Origin: a virus
Taxonomy: Duplodnaviria > Caudoviricetes
Reading direction: 5' to 3' (one strand)
DNA: 64,000 nucleotides
IMG/VR virus record: IMGVR_UViG_3300020156_000029
Location: 208 to 64,207 of that record
The first letter of the stretch is position 1; each line of letters starts with the position of its first letter. Positions 46,955 to 57,437 of this stretch are shown piece by piece. The translations under genes were made by a program, and so were the position numbers. The notes under the pieces are model-generated. The model saw only the letters and a list, made by a program, of their open reading frames with translations. It ran no database searches and was not told the DNA's origin.

Positions 46955-47721
46955 TGGAGGTCGTGACGATCGGCGGCGCGACGCTCTACCGGGGCGACTG
47001 CCGCGAAATCCTCCCGACCCTGTCGGGCGTGAAGGCGCTCGTGACTGATCCTCCATATCGCGTCACCTCGGGCGGCTTCGGCGATCTCGAGGGCGGCTTC
47101 AGCGGGTGGATCAAGGACGCCTACGACAACAGCGGCGAGATCGTCGCGTGCGACATCGAGTGGAACGAATGGCTCGACCTCGTGCCGGCCGTCCTGGCGG
47201 ATGACGCCCAGGTCTACGTCTTCTCGAACGACCGCAACCTTCAGATCGCGCGCCAGGCGGCCGAGGCGGCCGGGCTGAAGTTCCATCGCCTCCTCGTGTG
47301 GGACAAGCGCGCCGCGCTCCCGAACCGCTGGTATCAGCAGACGTGCGAGTTCGTCTTGTTCATGCGGAAGGGCAAGGCGTACATGATCAACAACCCTTCC
47401 TCGAAGGCGCTCGTGTCGCTGTTTCAGCGCGACGAGTCCAAGCACCCGACCGAGAAGCCGGTCGAGTTGTGCCGCCTCTACATCGAGAACAGCACCGCGC
47501 CAGGCGATCTCGTACTCGACCCCTTCATGGGCTCCGGCACGACCGGCGTTGCGGCCGTTCAGGCCGGCCGGCGCTTCGTCGGCATCGAACTGACCCAGGA
47601 ATGGTTCGACGTGGCCTGCGCCCGCATCGAGAACGCCTTCGCCGGCGAGACGAGCCGCAAGCGCGCCGTCGCCGCGCTCAACACCGACAACGACCAACCG
47701 CTCGGGGGACTTTTCGCATGA
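46954..47721 (+). CDS. Beta-class N6A/N4C DNA methyltransferase
   Basis: 'TDPPY', 'HPTEKP', 'LDPFMGSGTT'. Confidence 0.92.
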   Translation: MEVVTIGGATLYRGDCREILPTLSGVKALVTDPPYRVTSGGFGDLEGGFSGWIKDAYDNSGEIVACDIEWNEWLDLVPAVLADDAQVYVFSNDRNLQIARQAAEAAGLKFHRLLVWDKRAALPNRWYQQTCEFVLFMRKGKAYMINNPSSKALVSLFQRDESKHPTEKPVELCRLYIENSTAPGDLVLDPFMGSGTTGVAAVQAGRRFVGIELTQEWFDVACARIENAFAGETSRKRAVAALNTDNDQPLGGLFA

Positions 47722-47933
47722 GCCTAGACCGCCACGACCTCGCGCTGAACGTCATTCAGGCCAACGCCGGCAAGCGCGCCGAGGAGATCATCAACGCGCT
47801 CTATCGCCAGGGCCTCGCCATTGTCCCTCTCGCCGCCCCGCCCGGCACGGACGGCACGCGCGTCCTGAACCTGTCGAAGACGCCCGGCGAAATCTGGACG
47901 GCCCAGGTCGAGCACGCGCGGGTGCGCGCCTGA
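47718..47933 (+). CDS. Hypothetical protein
   Basis: Coupled between the MTase and helicase genes. Confidence 0.55.
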   Translation: MSLDRHDLALNVIQANAGKRAEEIINALYRQGLAIVPLAAPPGTDGTRVLNLSKTPGEIWTAQVEHARVRA

Positions 47934-49708
47934 TGTGGACGCCGCGACCCTATCAGGCCGAGGCAATCGACGCCGCGCTTGACGCGCTGGCGGGCGGCGA
48001 GGACGCGCTTCTTGTCGTCCCCACGGGCGGCGGCAAGTCGGGCATCATCGGCACGATCACCAAGGCGCTCTACCACGACTTCAGCCTCCGCATCGTCAAC
48101 TGCGCGCACGTCGCCGAACTCGTCGGCCAGGCCTACGACGAACTGATCGGCATGTGGGAGTGGGCTCCGGCCGGCATCTACTCGGCAGGCCTGAACCGTC
48201 GTGAGATGCACTCGCAAATCCTGTTCGCCGGCATCGCCTCAATCTTCAAGAAGGCGCACCTCCTGGGCCAGGTCGACGTGCTGATGGTCGACGAGGCGCA
48301 CATGATCCCGCGCGAGGGCAACGGGCAATATCGGCGCTTCATCTCCGACCTTCGCGAGATGAACCCCGACATGCGCCTCCTGGGCCTGACGGCGACGCCC
48401 TACCGCCTGGGCTCCGGCCGCCTCGACGAGGACCGCGTCACCAAGAGCGGCGCGGTTGAGCCGGCGCTGTTCCCCAGCGTGACCTACGAGGTGTCGATCC
48501 GCCACCTGATCGACGAAGGCTGGCTCGCGCCGCTGACGACGAAGGACACCGGCGACCTGGCGATCGACACCTCGGGCGTCGGCTCGAGCGGCGGCGACTT
48601 CAAGATCGGCGAGCTTTCGGGCGCGGTCGACAAGCCCGAACTCATCCGCGACATCTGCGCGGACGTCATCGCCAAGGGCAAGGATCGCCGCTCGTGGCTG
48701 ATCTTCACGCCCGGCGTCTCGGACGCCGAGCACTTCCACGAGGAGATGACCCGCCGGGGTTTTCGCGGCGGCGTTATCACCGGCGAGACGCCGACCGGCG
48801 AGCGCAAGCGGCTGATCGAGGACTTCAAGAACTACCGCATCCGCTACCTCGTGAACTGCGGCGTGCTCACCACGGGCTTCGACCACAAGGGCGTCGACCT
48901 CCTGGCGATGGTGCGGCCGACGAAGTCGACGGCGCTCTACGTCCAGATATGCGGACGCGGCACGCGCCCGCTCTACGAGCCCGGTTTCAATCCGAACACG
49001 GCGACGGCCGAGGAGCGCAAGGCGTCGATCGCGCGCGGGCCGAAGCCCAACTGCCTCGTGCTCGATTACGCCAAGAACATCAACTATCACGGCCCCGTCG
49101 ACATGGTGCAGCCGCGCAAGCCCGGCTCCGGCAAGGGCGAGGCCCCGGTGAAGACCTGTCCGCCGCATCTGGGCGGGTGCTCGTCGGTGGTTCACGCCTC
49201 CGTCATGGAGTGCCCTGACTGCGGCTTTCTGTGGGAGCGCCAGGTCTCCGAGAAGATCACCCGGCGCGCGGCCGAGGTGCCGATCCTGTCGAAGTCCGAG
49301 CCGCTGTGGATCAAGGTCCAGCAACGCACGTTCCGGCGTCACGAGAAACTCGGAAAGCCGCCGAGCGTCAAGGTCGAATACCGCTCCGGCATCACGATCT
49401 ATCCCGAGTGGATCGCGGTCGAGAACGAACGCGCGCGCGGCCTGGTCTCGGCGTGGTGGAAGCGCGCCGGTGGGGCTGAACCGGCCCCGACGTCGGTGAC
49501 CGAGATGCTAGACCGCGTCGGCGAGCTTCGGCCCATCGACGAGATCAGGGTCGAGGCCGAGGGCAAATACTGGCGCGTCACCGGCTGGCGGCACGCCCAG
49601 GGCCAGGCTCCCGAGGGCGAGGCGGACAAGTCGGCCTCGTGGGCTCCCCAGCGCTACGACCTGAAGCGCGACACATACGCTGACCTAGACGCGGATATTC
49701 CCTTCTGA
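47933..49708 (+). CDS. SF2 DEAH-box helicase (RadD/YejH-like) with zinc finger
   Basis: 'PTGGGKS', 'DEAH', 'TATPYR', 'LTTGFD', 'QICGRGTR', C-terminal Cys motifs. Confidence 0.93.
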   Translation: MWTPRPYQAEAIDAALDALAGGEDALLVVPTGGGKSGIIGTITKALYHDFSLRIVNCAHVAELVGQAYDELIGMWEWAPAGIYSAGLNRREMHSQILFAGIASIFKKAHLLGQVDVLMVDEAHMIPREGNGQYRRFISDLREMNPDMRLLGLTATPYRLGSGRLDEDRVTKSGAVEPALFPSVTYEVSIRHLIDEGWLAPLTTKDTGDLAIDTSGVGSSGGDFKIGELSGAVDKPELIRDICADVIAKGKDRRSWLIFTPGVSDAEHFHEEMTRRGFRGGVITGETPTGERKRLIEDFKNYRIRYLVNCGVLTTGFDHKGVDLLAMVRPTKSTALYVQICGRGTRPLYEPGFNPNTATAEERKASIARGPKPNCLVLDYAKNINYHGPVDMVQPRKPGSGKGEAPVKTCPPHLGGCSSVVHASVMECPDCGFLWERQVSEKITRRAAEVPILSKSEPLWIKVQQRTFRRHEKLGKPPSVKVEYRSGITIYPEWIAVENERARGLVSAWWKRAGGAEPAPTSVTEMLDRVGELRPIDEIRVEAEGKYWRVTGWRHAQGQAPEGEADKSASWAPQRYDLKRDTYADLDADIPF

Positions 49709-50325
49709 TGACTGCCATGAAACCTCTCAATGTCCTCGTCGGATGTGAATATAGCGGCACCGTCCGAGACGCCTTCAGGGCGCGCGGCCATAACGCCATG
49801 TCGTGCGACCTTCTGCCAACCGACGCCCCCGGCCCGCACTATCAGGGCAGTGTCTTCGACGTCCTCGACTACCCATGGGACCTGGCGATCTTCCATCCGC
49901 CATGCACCCACCTCGCGGTCAGCGGCTCGCGCCACTTTGAGCCCAAGCGCCTCGACGGCCGGCAGCAGTCGGCGGTGTCGTTTTTCATGCGGCTGGCCAA
50001 GGTCGACATCCCGCGCATCGCGATCGAGAACCCCGTCTGCATCATGTCGTCGGTCTGGCGAAAGCCTGATCAGACGATTCAGCCATGGCAGTTCGGCCAT
50101 GGCGAGACGAAGGCGACGTGCCTCTGGCTTAAAGGCCTCCCACGCCTGCAGCCCACGGACGTCGTCGAGGGCCGCGAGGCCCGAGTTCACCGGATGCCGC
50201 CCAGCGAGGACCGCTGGAAACTGCGGAGCACGACCTATGCCGGGATCGCCGAGGCGATGGCCGAGCAGTGGGGGGATTGGATCGCCGGCGGGTGCATGGG
50301 CGAGCAAACGAGGATGTTCGCATGA
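49708..50325 (+). CDS. Short phage C5-cytosine methyltransferase-like protein
   Basis: 'VLVGCEYSG', 'HPPCT' (catalytic PC), 'IENPV'. Confidence 0.75.
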   Translation: MTAMKPLNVLVGCEYSGTVRDAFRARGHNAMSCDLLPTDAPGPHYQGSVFDVLDYPWDLAIFHPPCTHLAVSGSRHFEPKRLDGRQQSAVSFFMRLAKVDIPRIAIENPVCIMSSVWRKPDQTIQPWQFGHGETKATCLWLKGLPRLQPTDVVEGREARVHRMPPSEDRWKLRSTTYAGIAEAMAEQWGDWIAGGCMGEQTRMFA

Positions 50326-50702
50326 CCGACAAGCCCATCCGCCACACCTTCGAGGCGAAGTCCATGGACGACGCCATGCACCTCCTCCGCGCCGCCCAGG
50401 GAGCCTATTGCTTCGTCTGTCGGCGCTCCGCCTGGCCCAAGGGCCTCATCTACAAGAACCTGGCTGTGTGCGCCCCGTGCGCGCCGTTCGCCCTAGCGAG
50501 AGAACTCATGAACGACGTCGACGAGACCGAAGCCGCCGCCCTCCGCGTTGGGATAGACCGCGCTGGCGAATATCTCGCATCCATCGAGAAGTTCGACTTG
50601 CGCGATCTCTCAGACGCCGAACTCGACGCCTTCTCTGCACATATGCTGTGCGGATACTCTGAAGCCATGAGCGAAGCCGCGAAAAAATCCCCGCCCATGT
50701 AG
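50322..50702 (+). CDS. Hypothetical zinc-finger protein preceding primase
   Basis: CxxC...CxxC; ATG overlaps the upstream stop. Confidence 0.6.
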   Translation: MTDKPIRHTFEAKSMDDAMHLLRAAQGAYCFVCRRSAWPKGLIYKNLAVCAPCAPFALARELMNDVDETEAAALRVGIDRAGEYLASIEKFDLRDLSDAELDAFSAHMLCGYSEAMSEAAKKSPPM

Positions 50703-50754
50703 GGCCATCGCGCCCGACTCGCCTCACTGTCACGCCTCGCTCTAGGGTTTCTGA

Positions 50755-53133
50755 ATGTCGTCTCCTTTCGCCATCGCTGGGCCTGGCCTGCGCGACAACG
50801 GGATTTCCGTCTTGCCGATCATGCCGGGTGCGAAAGCGCCGGGCACGATCACGGGCGGCACCTGGCGGCTCGAGCACGGCTGGTCCCGCTTCTGTGACCG
50901 CCTCCCGACCAAGTTCGAGATGGGCGCGTGGGTGAAGTGGCCCGACGCCGGCGTCGGCGTGGCGCTCGGCACGGCCAGCGGACGCGACGGCCAGATTCTC
51001 GTCTGTCTGGACTTCGACACCGACGACGCGCGGCTGATCGGGTGCATTCACGAGATCGTCGATCCGAGCCCCGTCCGCAAGAAGGGCCGCAAGGGCTGGG
51101 GCGGCTTCTACCGGGCGAACCCGGCCGTCGAGAATCGCTCCTACAACATCAACGGCGAGCGGGTGCTCGACCTCCTGGCCCACGGCCGCCAGACGGTGCT
51201 TCCGCCGACCATCCACCCGAGCGGCGGGGAATACGTCTGGCTCGGCAAGGACACCCTCGAGAACCTCGACTTCGACGACCTTCCCGAACTGCCCGACGAC
51301 ATCGGCGACCGCCTGGCGGAAGTTCTCGCCCCGTTCGGCTACAGCGCCCCAATAGAGCGCGGCCCCGCGCAGGACGTCACGCTCGCCGGGGAGAGCATTC
51401 ACCGGGAACTGAACGACGCGGCCCTTCTCAACCTCGACGCCTGGGTGCCGGCGCTCCAACTCTACGGCTGCACGCGATCGGGCGGGCACTATCGCGCCGT
51501 CGCGCACTGGCGGTCGTCCGCCTCCGGCCGGCCGCTGGCCAAGCGCTCGACCAATCTCTCGATCGCCCCCGAGGGCATCAAGGACTTCGGCGACGCCGAC
51601 AAGGGCTATACGCCGCTCGACCTCGTCATGGCCGCGTGTGGTGCCGATCTCGACACGGCGTTCCGTTGGCTGCAGGATCACGTCGCCCCCCAAAAACCCG
51701 TTGTGCTCGCGGCGAAACCCGTCGCGTCCGATACCGTTCCCGCACCGCAAAAAAAACACGGAAATCTGGCGGGCCTGATCGACCCGAACGCGGAGCCGAT
51801 CGCCGAGGAGGAGACGTCGGAGGAACAGGTCGAGGAGGCGGCCGTCGAGATCGTCGCCGCCGGCGCGGGCCAGGTCATCCCCGATGCGGTGTGCTTCCCG
51901 CCCGGCATCCTGGGCGAGACCGTGGAATGGATCGTCGACAGCGCGGACACGCCATCGCCGCAACTGTCGCTCGGCGCGGCGATCAGCCTCCTGGGCGGCC
52001 TGATGGGCCGGCGCTTCGAGGGGCCGACGCGGGCGCGCACGAACTTCTATGGCGTCGGCGTAGCGCCGACCGGCTTCGGCAAGGATCACCCGATGAAGGC
52101 GTGCGTGACGCTGGCCTACGCGGCCGGGCTGCACAAGTTCATCGGCCCCGAGGACGTGAAGTCCGACTCCGCGATCCGCAAACTCCTCGAGGCGCGGCCG
52201 TCCGTGTCGCTGTTCATCGACGAGTTCGGCGGCTACCTGAAGAAGATTCTCGACCGGCGCGCGGCGGCGCACGACAAGCGCTCGCGCGACATGCTCCTGA
52301 CCCTGTTCTCGCGCGCCAACGGCATCTATGGCGGCTCGGAGGGCGCGACTGAGAAGGCCGTGCCGATCATGAACCCGAACCTGGGCGTCTACGGCGTGTC
52401 GACGCCCTCGGACCTCTGGGGCGCGTTCTCGAGCGCCAGCGCCGAGGACGGCCTTCTCCCGCGCTTCATCGTCTATTCGGTGCCCGAGGGCCGGCCGGAG
52501 ATTGTCGAGGCGTCAGCGGACCCGAGCGAGCCGCCCATGGCCCTGATCCAGCGCCTCCGCGCCATGATGGACGTGCGGCCGAAGGGCAACCTCAACGGCG
52601 TCGGCGGCAACGTCAACAAGCCGATCCGCGCCGAGTGGGGGGAGGGGGCCGCCGAGTGGTTCTCCGTCTACCGGAACATGAAGCGCGAGGAGGCGATAGT
52701 CTCTGGCGGAATGCGCGAGATCGTGGCCAGCCGCCAGGCGGAGCACGTCATCAAGCTCGCCCTCGTCTACGCGGTCGGGTGCGCTCCCGAGGCCCCCGTG
52801 ATCACCGTCGCCTCGCTGGAATGGGCGCGGATCGTGGCGGAGTGCTCGGGGGCGGCCTTGCTGGGCGCGCTGGAATCGCGGGTCGCCGACAGCGACAAGC
52901 AGGCGGAATATCTGTGGGTGCTCCGCACGGTGCGCGAGGCCGGCGCGGACGGACTCAAGATGGCCGACCTCGTGCGCGCGGTGCGCGGCAAGTTCGACAA
53001 GCGCCGGTTCGACGACATCCTCGGCCAGCTTGAAGCCGCCGAGGAGGTCGAGAAGGGCATCAGGTCAACGGCGAAGGGCGGCAAGCCGACGATGCGTGTG
53101 TGGGCTCGCGGGGCGATGGCGGAGGCGGCTTAG
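50755..53133 (+). CDS. Bifunctional primase-polymerase (Prim-Pol) fused to a DUF3987-type P-loop domain
   Basis: 'CLDFD', 'QTVLPPTIHPSG..YVW', 'APTGFGKD', 'FIDEFG', 'DGLLPRF'. Confidence 0.88.
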   Translation: MSSPFAIAGPGLRDNGISVLPIMPGAKAPGTITGGTWRLEHGWSRFCDRLPTKFEMGAWVKWPDAGVGVALGTASGRDGQILVCLDFDTDDARLIGCIHEIVDPSPVRKKGRKGWGGFYRANPAVENRSYNINGERVLDLLAHGRQTVLPPTIHPSGGEYVWLGKDTLENLDFDDLPELPDDIGDRLAEVLAPFGYSAPIERGPAQDVTLAGESIHRELNDAALLNLDAWVPALQLYGCTRSGGHYRAVAHWRSSASGRPLAKRSTNLSIAPEGIKDFGDADKGYTPLDLVMAACGADLDTAFRWLQDHVAPQKPVVLAAKPVASDTVPAPQKKHGNLAGLIDPNAEPIAEEETSEEQVEEAAVEIVAAGAGQVIPDAVCFPPGILGETVEWIVDSADTPSPQLSLGAAISLLGGLMGRRFEGPTRARTNFYGVGVAPTGFGKDHPMKACVTLAYAAGLHKFIGPEDVKSDSAIRKLLEARPSVSLFIDEFGGYLKKILDRRAAAHDKRSRDMLLTLFSRANGIYGGSEGATEKAVPIMNPNLGVYGVSTPSDLWGAFSSASAEDGLLPRFIVYSVPEGRPEIVEASADPSEPPMALIQRLRAMMDVRPKGNLNGVGGNVNKPIRAEWGEGAAEWFSVYRNMKREEAIVSGGMREIVASRQAEHVIKLALVYAVGCAPEAPVITVASLEWARIVAECSGAALLGALESRVADSDKQAEYLWVLRTVREAGADGLKMADLVRAVRGKFDKRRFDDILGQLEAAEEVEKGIRSTAKGGKPTMRVWARGAMAEAA

Positions 53134-54148
53134 GTCTCTGCCTTATAGTCGGTGTCGATCCGGCGGCGGTTGTGGCGGTTGTCTCGTGTGGCGAAGACGA
53201 CGCCTGGACGCGACATAGCCGCCGCAATCTCGGCGTCGTTGGCCGTAACCGATCCGAACTCGCGAAGCGTTCGCGCCGCGATCCCGAGTGCTCTTGCGGC
53301 GACTGCCTGGGATGGTGCGGCGACAACGCGCCGTCCAGCCTCGGGCGTGCCGATGCCGTAGACCTTTAGGCGGACCTCGCGACGGGCAGAGCGGTCGGTC
53401 ACGACCGGCGATCCCGGTTGTTCGCGACCTCGTAGCGAGCCAACTCGAGCGCATCCGGGGAGTCCATGACAGCCAGGCGCGCGGCGTCGGCCTCGGCGTC
53501 CAGCGCGGCGAGGAAGGCGAGGGCAGACCCGCGACCCGCCACGCCCTCCGCGACCTTTCGCACGAGCGCCAGCATCTCGCCGACCTTGCCCTTCACGATG
53601 TGGTCGGCCGCCGCTTGGGCGCTGGCGCGGTGGTGCGCCGCGATCCGCTCCTCATAGGCGGCCTTGCGGGCATCGACCTCGACTTGGGTTGGGACCAGGC
53701 CGCGCGACAGGGCAACGGCGATGATCTCGAGGAAGTGCTCTTGCTTCTCGGCCGCCGCGCCTTGGTGGCTGTCGTAGGTGGAGAGCTTGACGCCCTCGTC
53801 TCCCAGGTCGCGCAGATTGTAGCCGCGAGAGAAACCCGAGGGGCGGAAGGTCGCGCGGTGCTCGCCGTCGATGATGACCTTGCGGTCGTAGCCGATCGAC
53901 GACGGATAGGGCTTGTCGCCCCTCACGATCTCGATGGCGTGCTCGGCGAAGATCGCCTGAACGGCGGCCAGGTGGCGGTCGACCGCTTCCTTGGCGGCGG
54001 CCTGGGCGGCTTCGCGGGTGGGAAGATCGCGGGCGGAGGGGCAGAACTTCACGTCGTAACCCCAGGTCTTCGGCTGATTGCTGTAGCCGCCGAACGACTG
54101 GACACACGGCGCGGCCAGGGTGAGGGCGGGGTTCCACGCGGTTTTCAT
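53130..54148 (-). CDS. Two hypothetical proteins (53130-53402, 53399-54148)
   Basis: GGAGAG RBS; downstream of the repeated promoter at 54202-54218. Confidence 0.65.
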
Positions 54149-54227
54149 CAGGGTCTCTCCCGTTGCTGATATGCGTTTTTATTCCATGCGTCGGAGGGGC
54201 TGTCAACGGATAAATCCGCCGAGCACG

Positions 54228-54262
54228 AAAAAAGCCCCGGTGGTGTGCCGGGGCTTTCGTTC
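54228..54262 (-). terminator. Intrinsic terminator (possibly bidirectional)
   Basis: AAAAAAGCCCCGG-TGGTGTG-CCGGGGCTTT. Confidence 0.8.
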
Positions 54263-54276
54263 CTAGTGGGCGGGGC

Positions 54277-55428
54277 TTAGGGCTTCTCGGTCGATCCGAT
54301 CTGGCGCAGGGCTGAGGCGGCGCGGTCTAGGCGTTCAATCTCGGCAACGATCAGAGCACCGGCCTTCACCAGATCGCGGCGTCGATCTCCCGTTGGCTTC
54401 CACCAGCGAGGGTCCCAAGATGCGGGCCAAGGGGTCGGCACGCGCTTTTTCCTCGTCCCCCACACTGGCGTTTCACCCCGGCCGCCCGAAACATCGTCTG
54501 TGTAGGTGACGACCTTGCTTCCGCAATCGACCCCGCCTGCGTAGGAAGCGGCGGCCAAGCCCAGCGAGTAATCGTCGTGCTCGTCGTCGTGTTGGGGCGT
54601 CCAGCCTTCGCCTTCGACTTGCCGCCGCCGCTCTTCAATGATCGCCTCCACCGCCACGGACAGCCGGGGGTCGGGCGTAGGCGGGTGGGCGAAGAGCGGC
54701 ACATTGATCCGGCTGTTCGGCTCACCCCACATGCTTGCTGCCTCACGAGGATTGGCCTTCAACCGATCCATCTGAAACGGCAGCGTCCACGCCACCGCCT
54801 CCCCATCGCGGGGCTCCGGCTTGTAGGCATCCGGGGCGGCGGGGCGGTCCTCTTTTTCGACACCTCTAGGTGTTCCACAGTAACAGTGAGCCATTTCGTC
54901 CGAGAACGAAGTGCGGCCCCAACATTTCGGGCCATGTCTCCCCTCCCCCGCATCGGTGGCGCGGGGCTCCGCTCCTGCCGTGAGGGCGGCGATGTAGTCC
55001 TTGACCGGATCGGGGCACCAATCAGCGATGTAGCGCTCAACATCCGCTTTGGTCCAACCTTCCGACAGCGCCACAGGGGCAGGCGCGGCGGGGGTGGCGC
55101 GACCACTGGCATCGCTCGTCTCGCGCCAACGCCGGCTGGCATCGGCGGACTTGGCGCTGCTGTAGGGCTGGGGCCAAGGCCTTGCGTCATTCGTCATTGC
55201 TCAAGCCCTCCCCAGCACCGCCTCGACGCGGTCAGCGGCGACCGTCGCCTGGCCGCCGAACACGCGGGCCGTCTCCGCGACGCCGGGCGGGATGGCGGAG
55301 CCGAGGCCCTGAAGCTCATCAGCCAGCGCGGACGCCCGGCGGGCGATGTCGGCGAGGTCATGAGCCACCTGACGGCCAGCGGCGCGGGCCTCCTCCATCA
55401 GGGCGGCGATCTCTTGGGAACGGGTCAT
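54277..55428 (-). CDS. Two hypothetical proteins (54277-55197, 55201-55428)
   Basis: First contains the common phage domain 'ERRRQVEGEGWTPQHDDEH...RRDLVKAGALIVAEIERLDR'; second has an AGGAG RBS. Confidence 0.65.
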
Positions 55429-55478
55429 GCAATCTCTCCTCTGCAATGACGGAATGAAACCGCACATGAGGAATAAAG

Positions 55479-55817
55479 TCAAGCGTTATCGCGGTCGATC
55501 AGCGCGAGAACTTCGTCGCCGAGTTTCGTCCGCGTCCAGCCTAGGCGGCCCAGGCTCACGAGGCCCTCGAGCGCGGGGCGCGTCAGGTCGTGGCGTGCGG
55601 CTGTCTCCGGCGAGCGAAGGGCCGCGATCGCCTCGGGAATGCGCGGCACAACGTTCCGCCGGAGGATGTCGTCGCGACAGGCCGCCTTGTGCTGGGCCAG
55701 GCGCTCCGCATCCTCCGGCGAGATCGTACCGGCCAGCTTCGTCCGCTCGAGCGGCCAGGCCTCGGTGAGGTCCAGCCGTCGAGGGTCGAAGCGGAAGCGG
55801 TCGGCGTCCGAGGTCAC
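55479..55817 (-). CDS. Hypothetical protein
   Basis: ORF in the leftward early cluster. Confidence 0.5.
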   Translation of the reverse strand: MTSDADRFRFDPRRLDLTEAWPLERTKLAGTISPEDAERLAQHKAACRDDILRRNVVPRIPEAIAALRSPETAARHDLTRPALEGLVSLGRLGWTRTKLGDEVLALIDRDNA

Positions 55818-55938
55818 AGGATTTCGAGCACCGGAGCGCCGTCGTCACCCCAGAAGACGCGCCACTGGCCAGGCACCGCATAGCGCTGGAACCGGCCAGC
55901 GCGGAGGCCGGCTAGGGCCTCCGCTTGGGTCAGGGTCT

Positions 55939-57369
55939 TCACGAGACGCGGCCTAGGTCGTCGAGCGCGATGGTGTAGAAGTTGCCGGAGAACTCGACGG
56001 CCGCGATGCCCTGGGCGATGTGGCGGATTTCGCCGACGTCGTCGCTGTAGGGGCCGACCACGCTATCGCCAACGGAGAGCGGCCCCGCCGGGGCCGGCTC
56101 GTGGCCCGCGAAGCTCTCAGCTTTGGGCCACTCCGTCACGCGCTCGATGCGGAGCGGCTTGTGCGCGTCGCGGTGATCGACCTCGCACACCTTGACCCGC
56201 ACGAGCACCGTGTCGCCCGGCTTCACGTCCTCCACGCGCACCGGCCGGAGGTCGCGGGCGACGTCGGCGATGGTGCGGATGGGCTCGTCGTGAGGCCGGA
56301 TTTCGTTGACGTCGTAGGTGTACTCGCCTCGACCCTGACCGTCCCAATCCACACGCCAGGTTCCCGGTTGCACGACTTCAGCGATCGTGCCGGGGATGCT
56401 GCTGGCGAAGTCGCGGCCCCTCGGCCAGTAAACGACCCGGTCGCCGACCTTGAATGCGGCCTCCTCGGAGCCGGAGGCGACGGGAGCGGCGGCGGGCTCA
56501 TCCTTCGCGATGCGGAAGGCGACGATGTCGCCGGGGTGAGGGGCCGCGTCGTGCGTCCAGTCTTCAGCGGCGCAAGACTCGCCCGCAATCTGAGCGAAGG
56601 CCTCATCGCCGTCACGATGGCGGACGTCGACCCGGACACCCGGCACCGGGTTTTCGCCGCCGGCCCAGGTGATCCACCCATCGGCGTCAGGACGTCCGAT
56701 GAAGGTGACGTGACAAAGGCTGAAGGCACCCGACATGCCGTTGACGCGAACAGCGATCGAATCGAGTCGGCCGTCGTAGGTGTCTTCGACCACGGCGACA
56801 CCGCTCCACAACTTACGCGCCGTTTCGTTGCCGCAGTCGTAGTCGATCACCACCACGTCACCCACCTTCAGGGGGCGGGCCGTCGCGCTGTTCAGGCGCT
56901 CGCCCTGGGGCGGGGCGGCGGGAGCCTCAACCGACGTGGCCGGGCGATGCACGAGGCGGAAGGTTCCGCCCGGCCAATGACAGACATAGCCCGCGTCGCA
57001 AGCCTCGATCATGCAGCCGTCGCTATAGGCGATGGACAGCCCCTTGACCGTGTAGCGCCTGCCCTGGGTTAGGCGACGGCCGATTTGCCCGGTGGAATAA
57101 TCCTCGAGCGCCTCCACCACGTCGCCCGGCTGCAGCTTCACGACCTCGCCGGCGCGGGCGATGAGGGTGAAGTTCTTCAGGAGCCATCCGCCGAGCGTGG
57201 CCCACTCCCCGCCGACCCTCAACTCCACGTCGCCGCTAGACGTGGGCGATGGTTTTGCTTCAAACACGTCGCCAATCTCAACCGGCCGGGGGGTGCAGAG
57301 GATAGGGCTAAGCAACCTCACCACGTCACCCACGCGCGGCTCCTCGCCGCTCTTGTAGGCAGTTCCCAT
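55939..57369 (-). CDS. Multi-module protein with repeated KOW/SH3-like '(K/R)VGDxV' units
   Basis: CAGGAG RBS; RVGDVV, QPGDVV, KVGDVV, KVGDRV, KPGDTV, SVGDSV units separated by Pro/Ala linkers. Confidence 0.7.
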   Translation of the reverse strand: MGTAYKSGEEPRVGDVVRLLSPILCTPRPVEIGDVFEAKPSPTSSGDVELRVGGEWATLGGWLLKNFTLIARAGEVVKLQPGDVVEALEDYSTGQIGRRLTQGRRYTVKGLSIAYSDGCMIEACDAGYVCHWPGGTFRLVHRPATSVEAPAAPPQGERLNSATARPLKVGDVVVIDYDCGNETARKLWSGVAVVEDTYDGRLDSIAVRVNGMSGAFSLCHVTFIGRPDADGWITWAGGENPVPGVRVDVRHRDGDEAFAQIAGESCAAEDWTHDAAPHPGDIVAFRIAKDEPAAAPVASGSEEAAFKVGDRVVYWPRGRDFASSIPGTIAEVVQPGTWRVDWDGQGRGEYTYDVNEIRPHDEPIRTIADVARDLRPVRVEDVKPGDTVLVRVKVCEVDHRDAHKPLRIERVTEWPKAESFAGHEPAPAGPLSVGDSVVGPYSDDVGEIRHIAQGIAAVEFSGNFYTIALDDLGRVS

Positions 57370-57437
57370 CTAAGCTCTCTCCTGCAATGATTTGGGAATA
57401 AAAACTTATGTAGTCGTGACCCGCTTCTAGGGGCGTG

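Noticed and set aside
46954-47721. Calling the methyltransferase ccrM
   Set aside because: Same beta class but shorter, with no evident CcrM C-terminal domain; specificity cannot be read from the sequence
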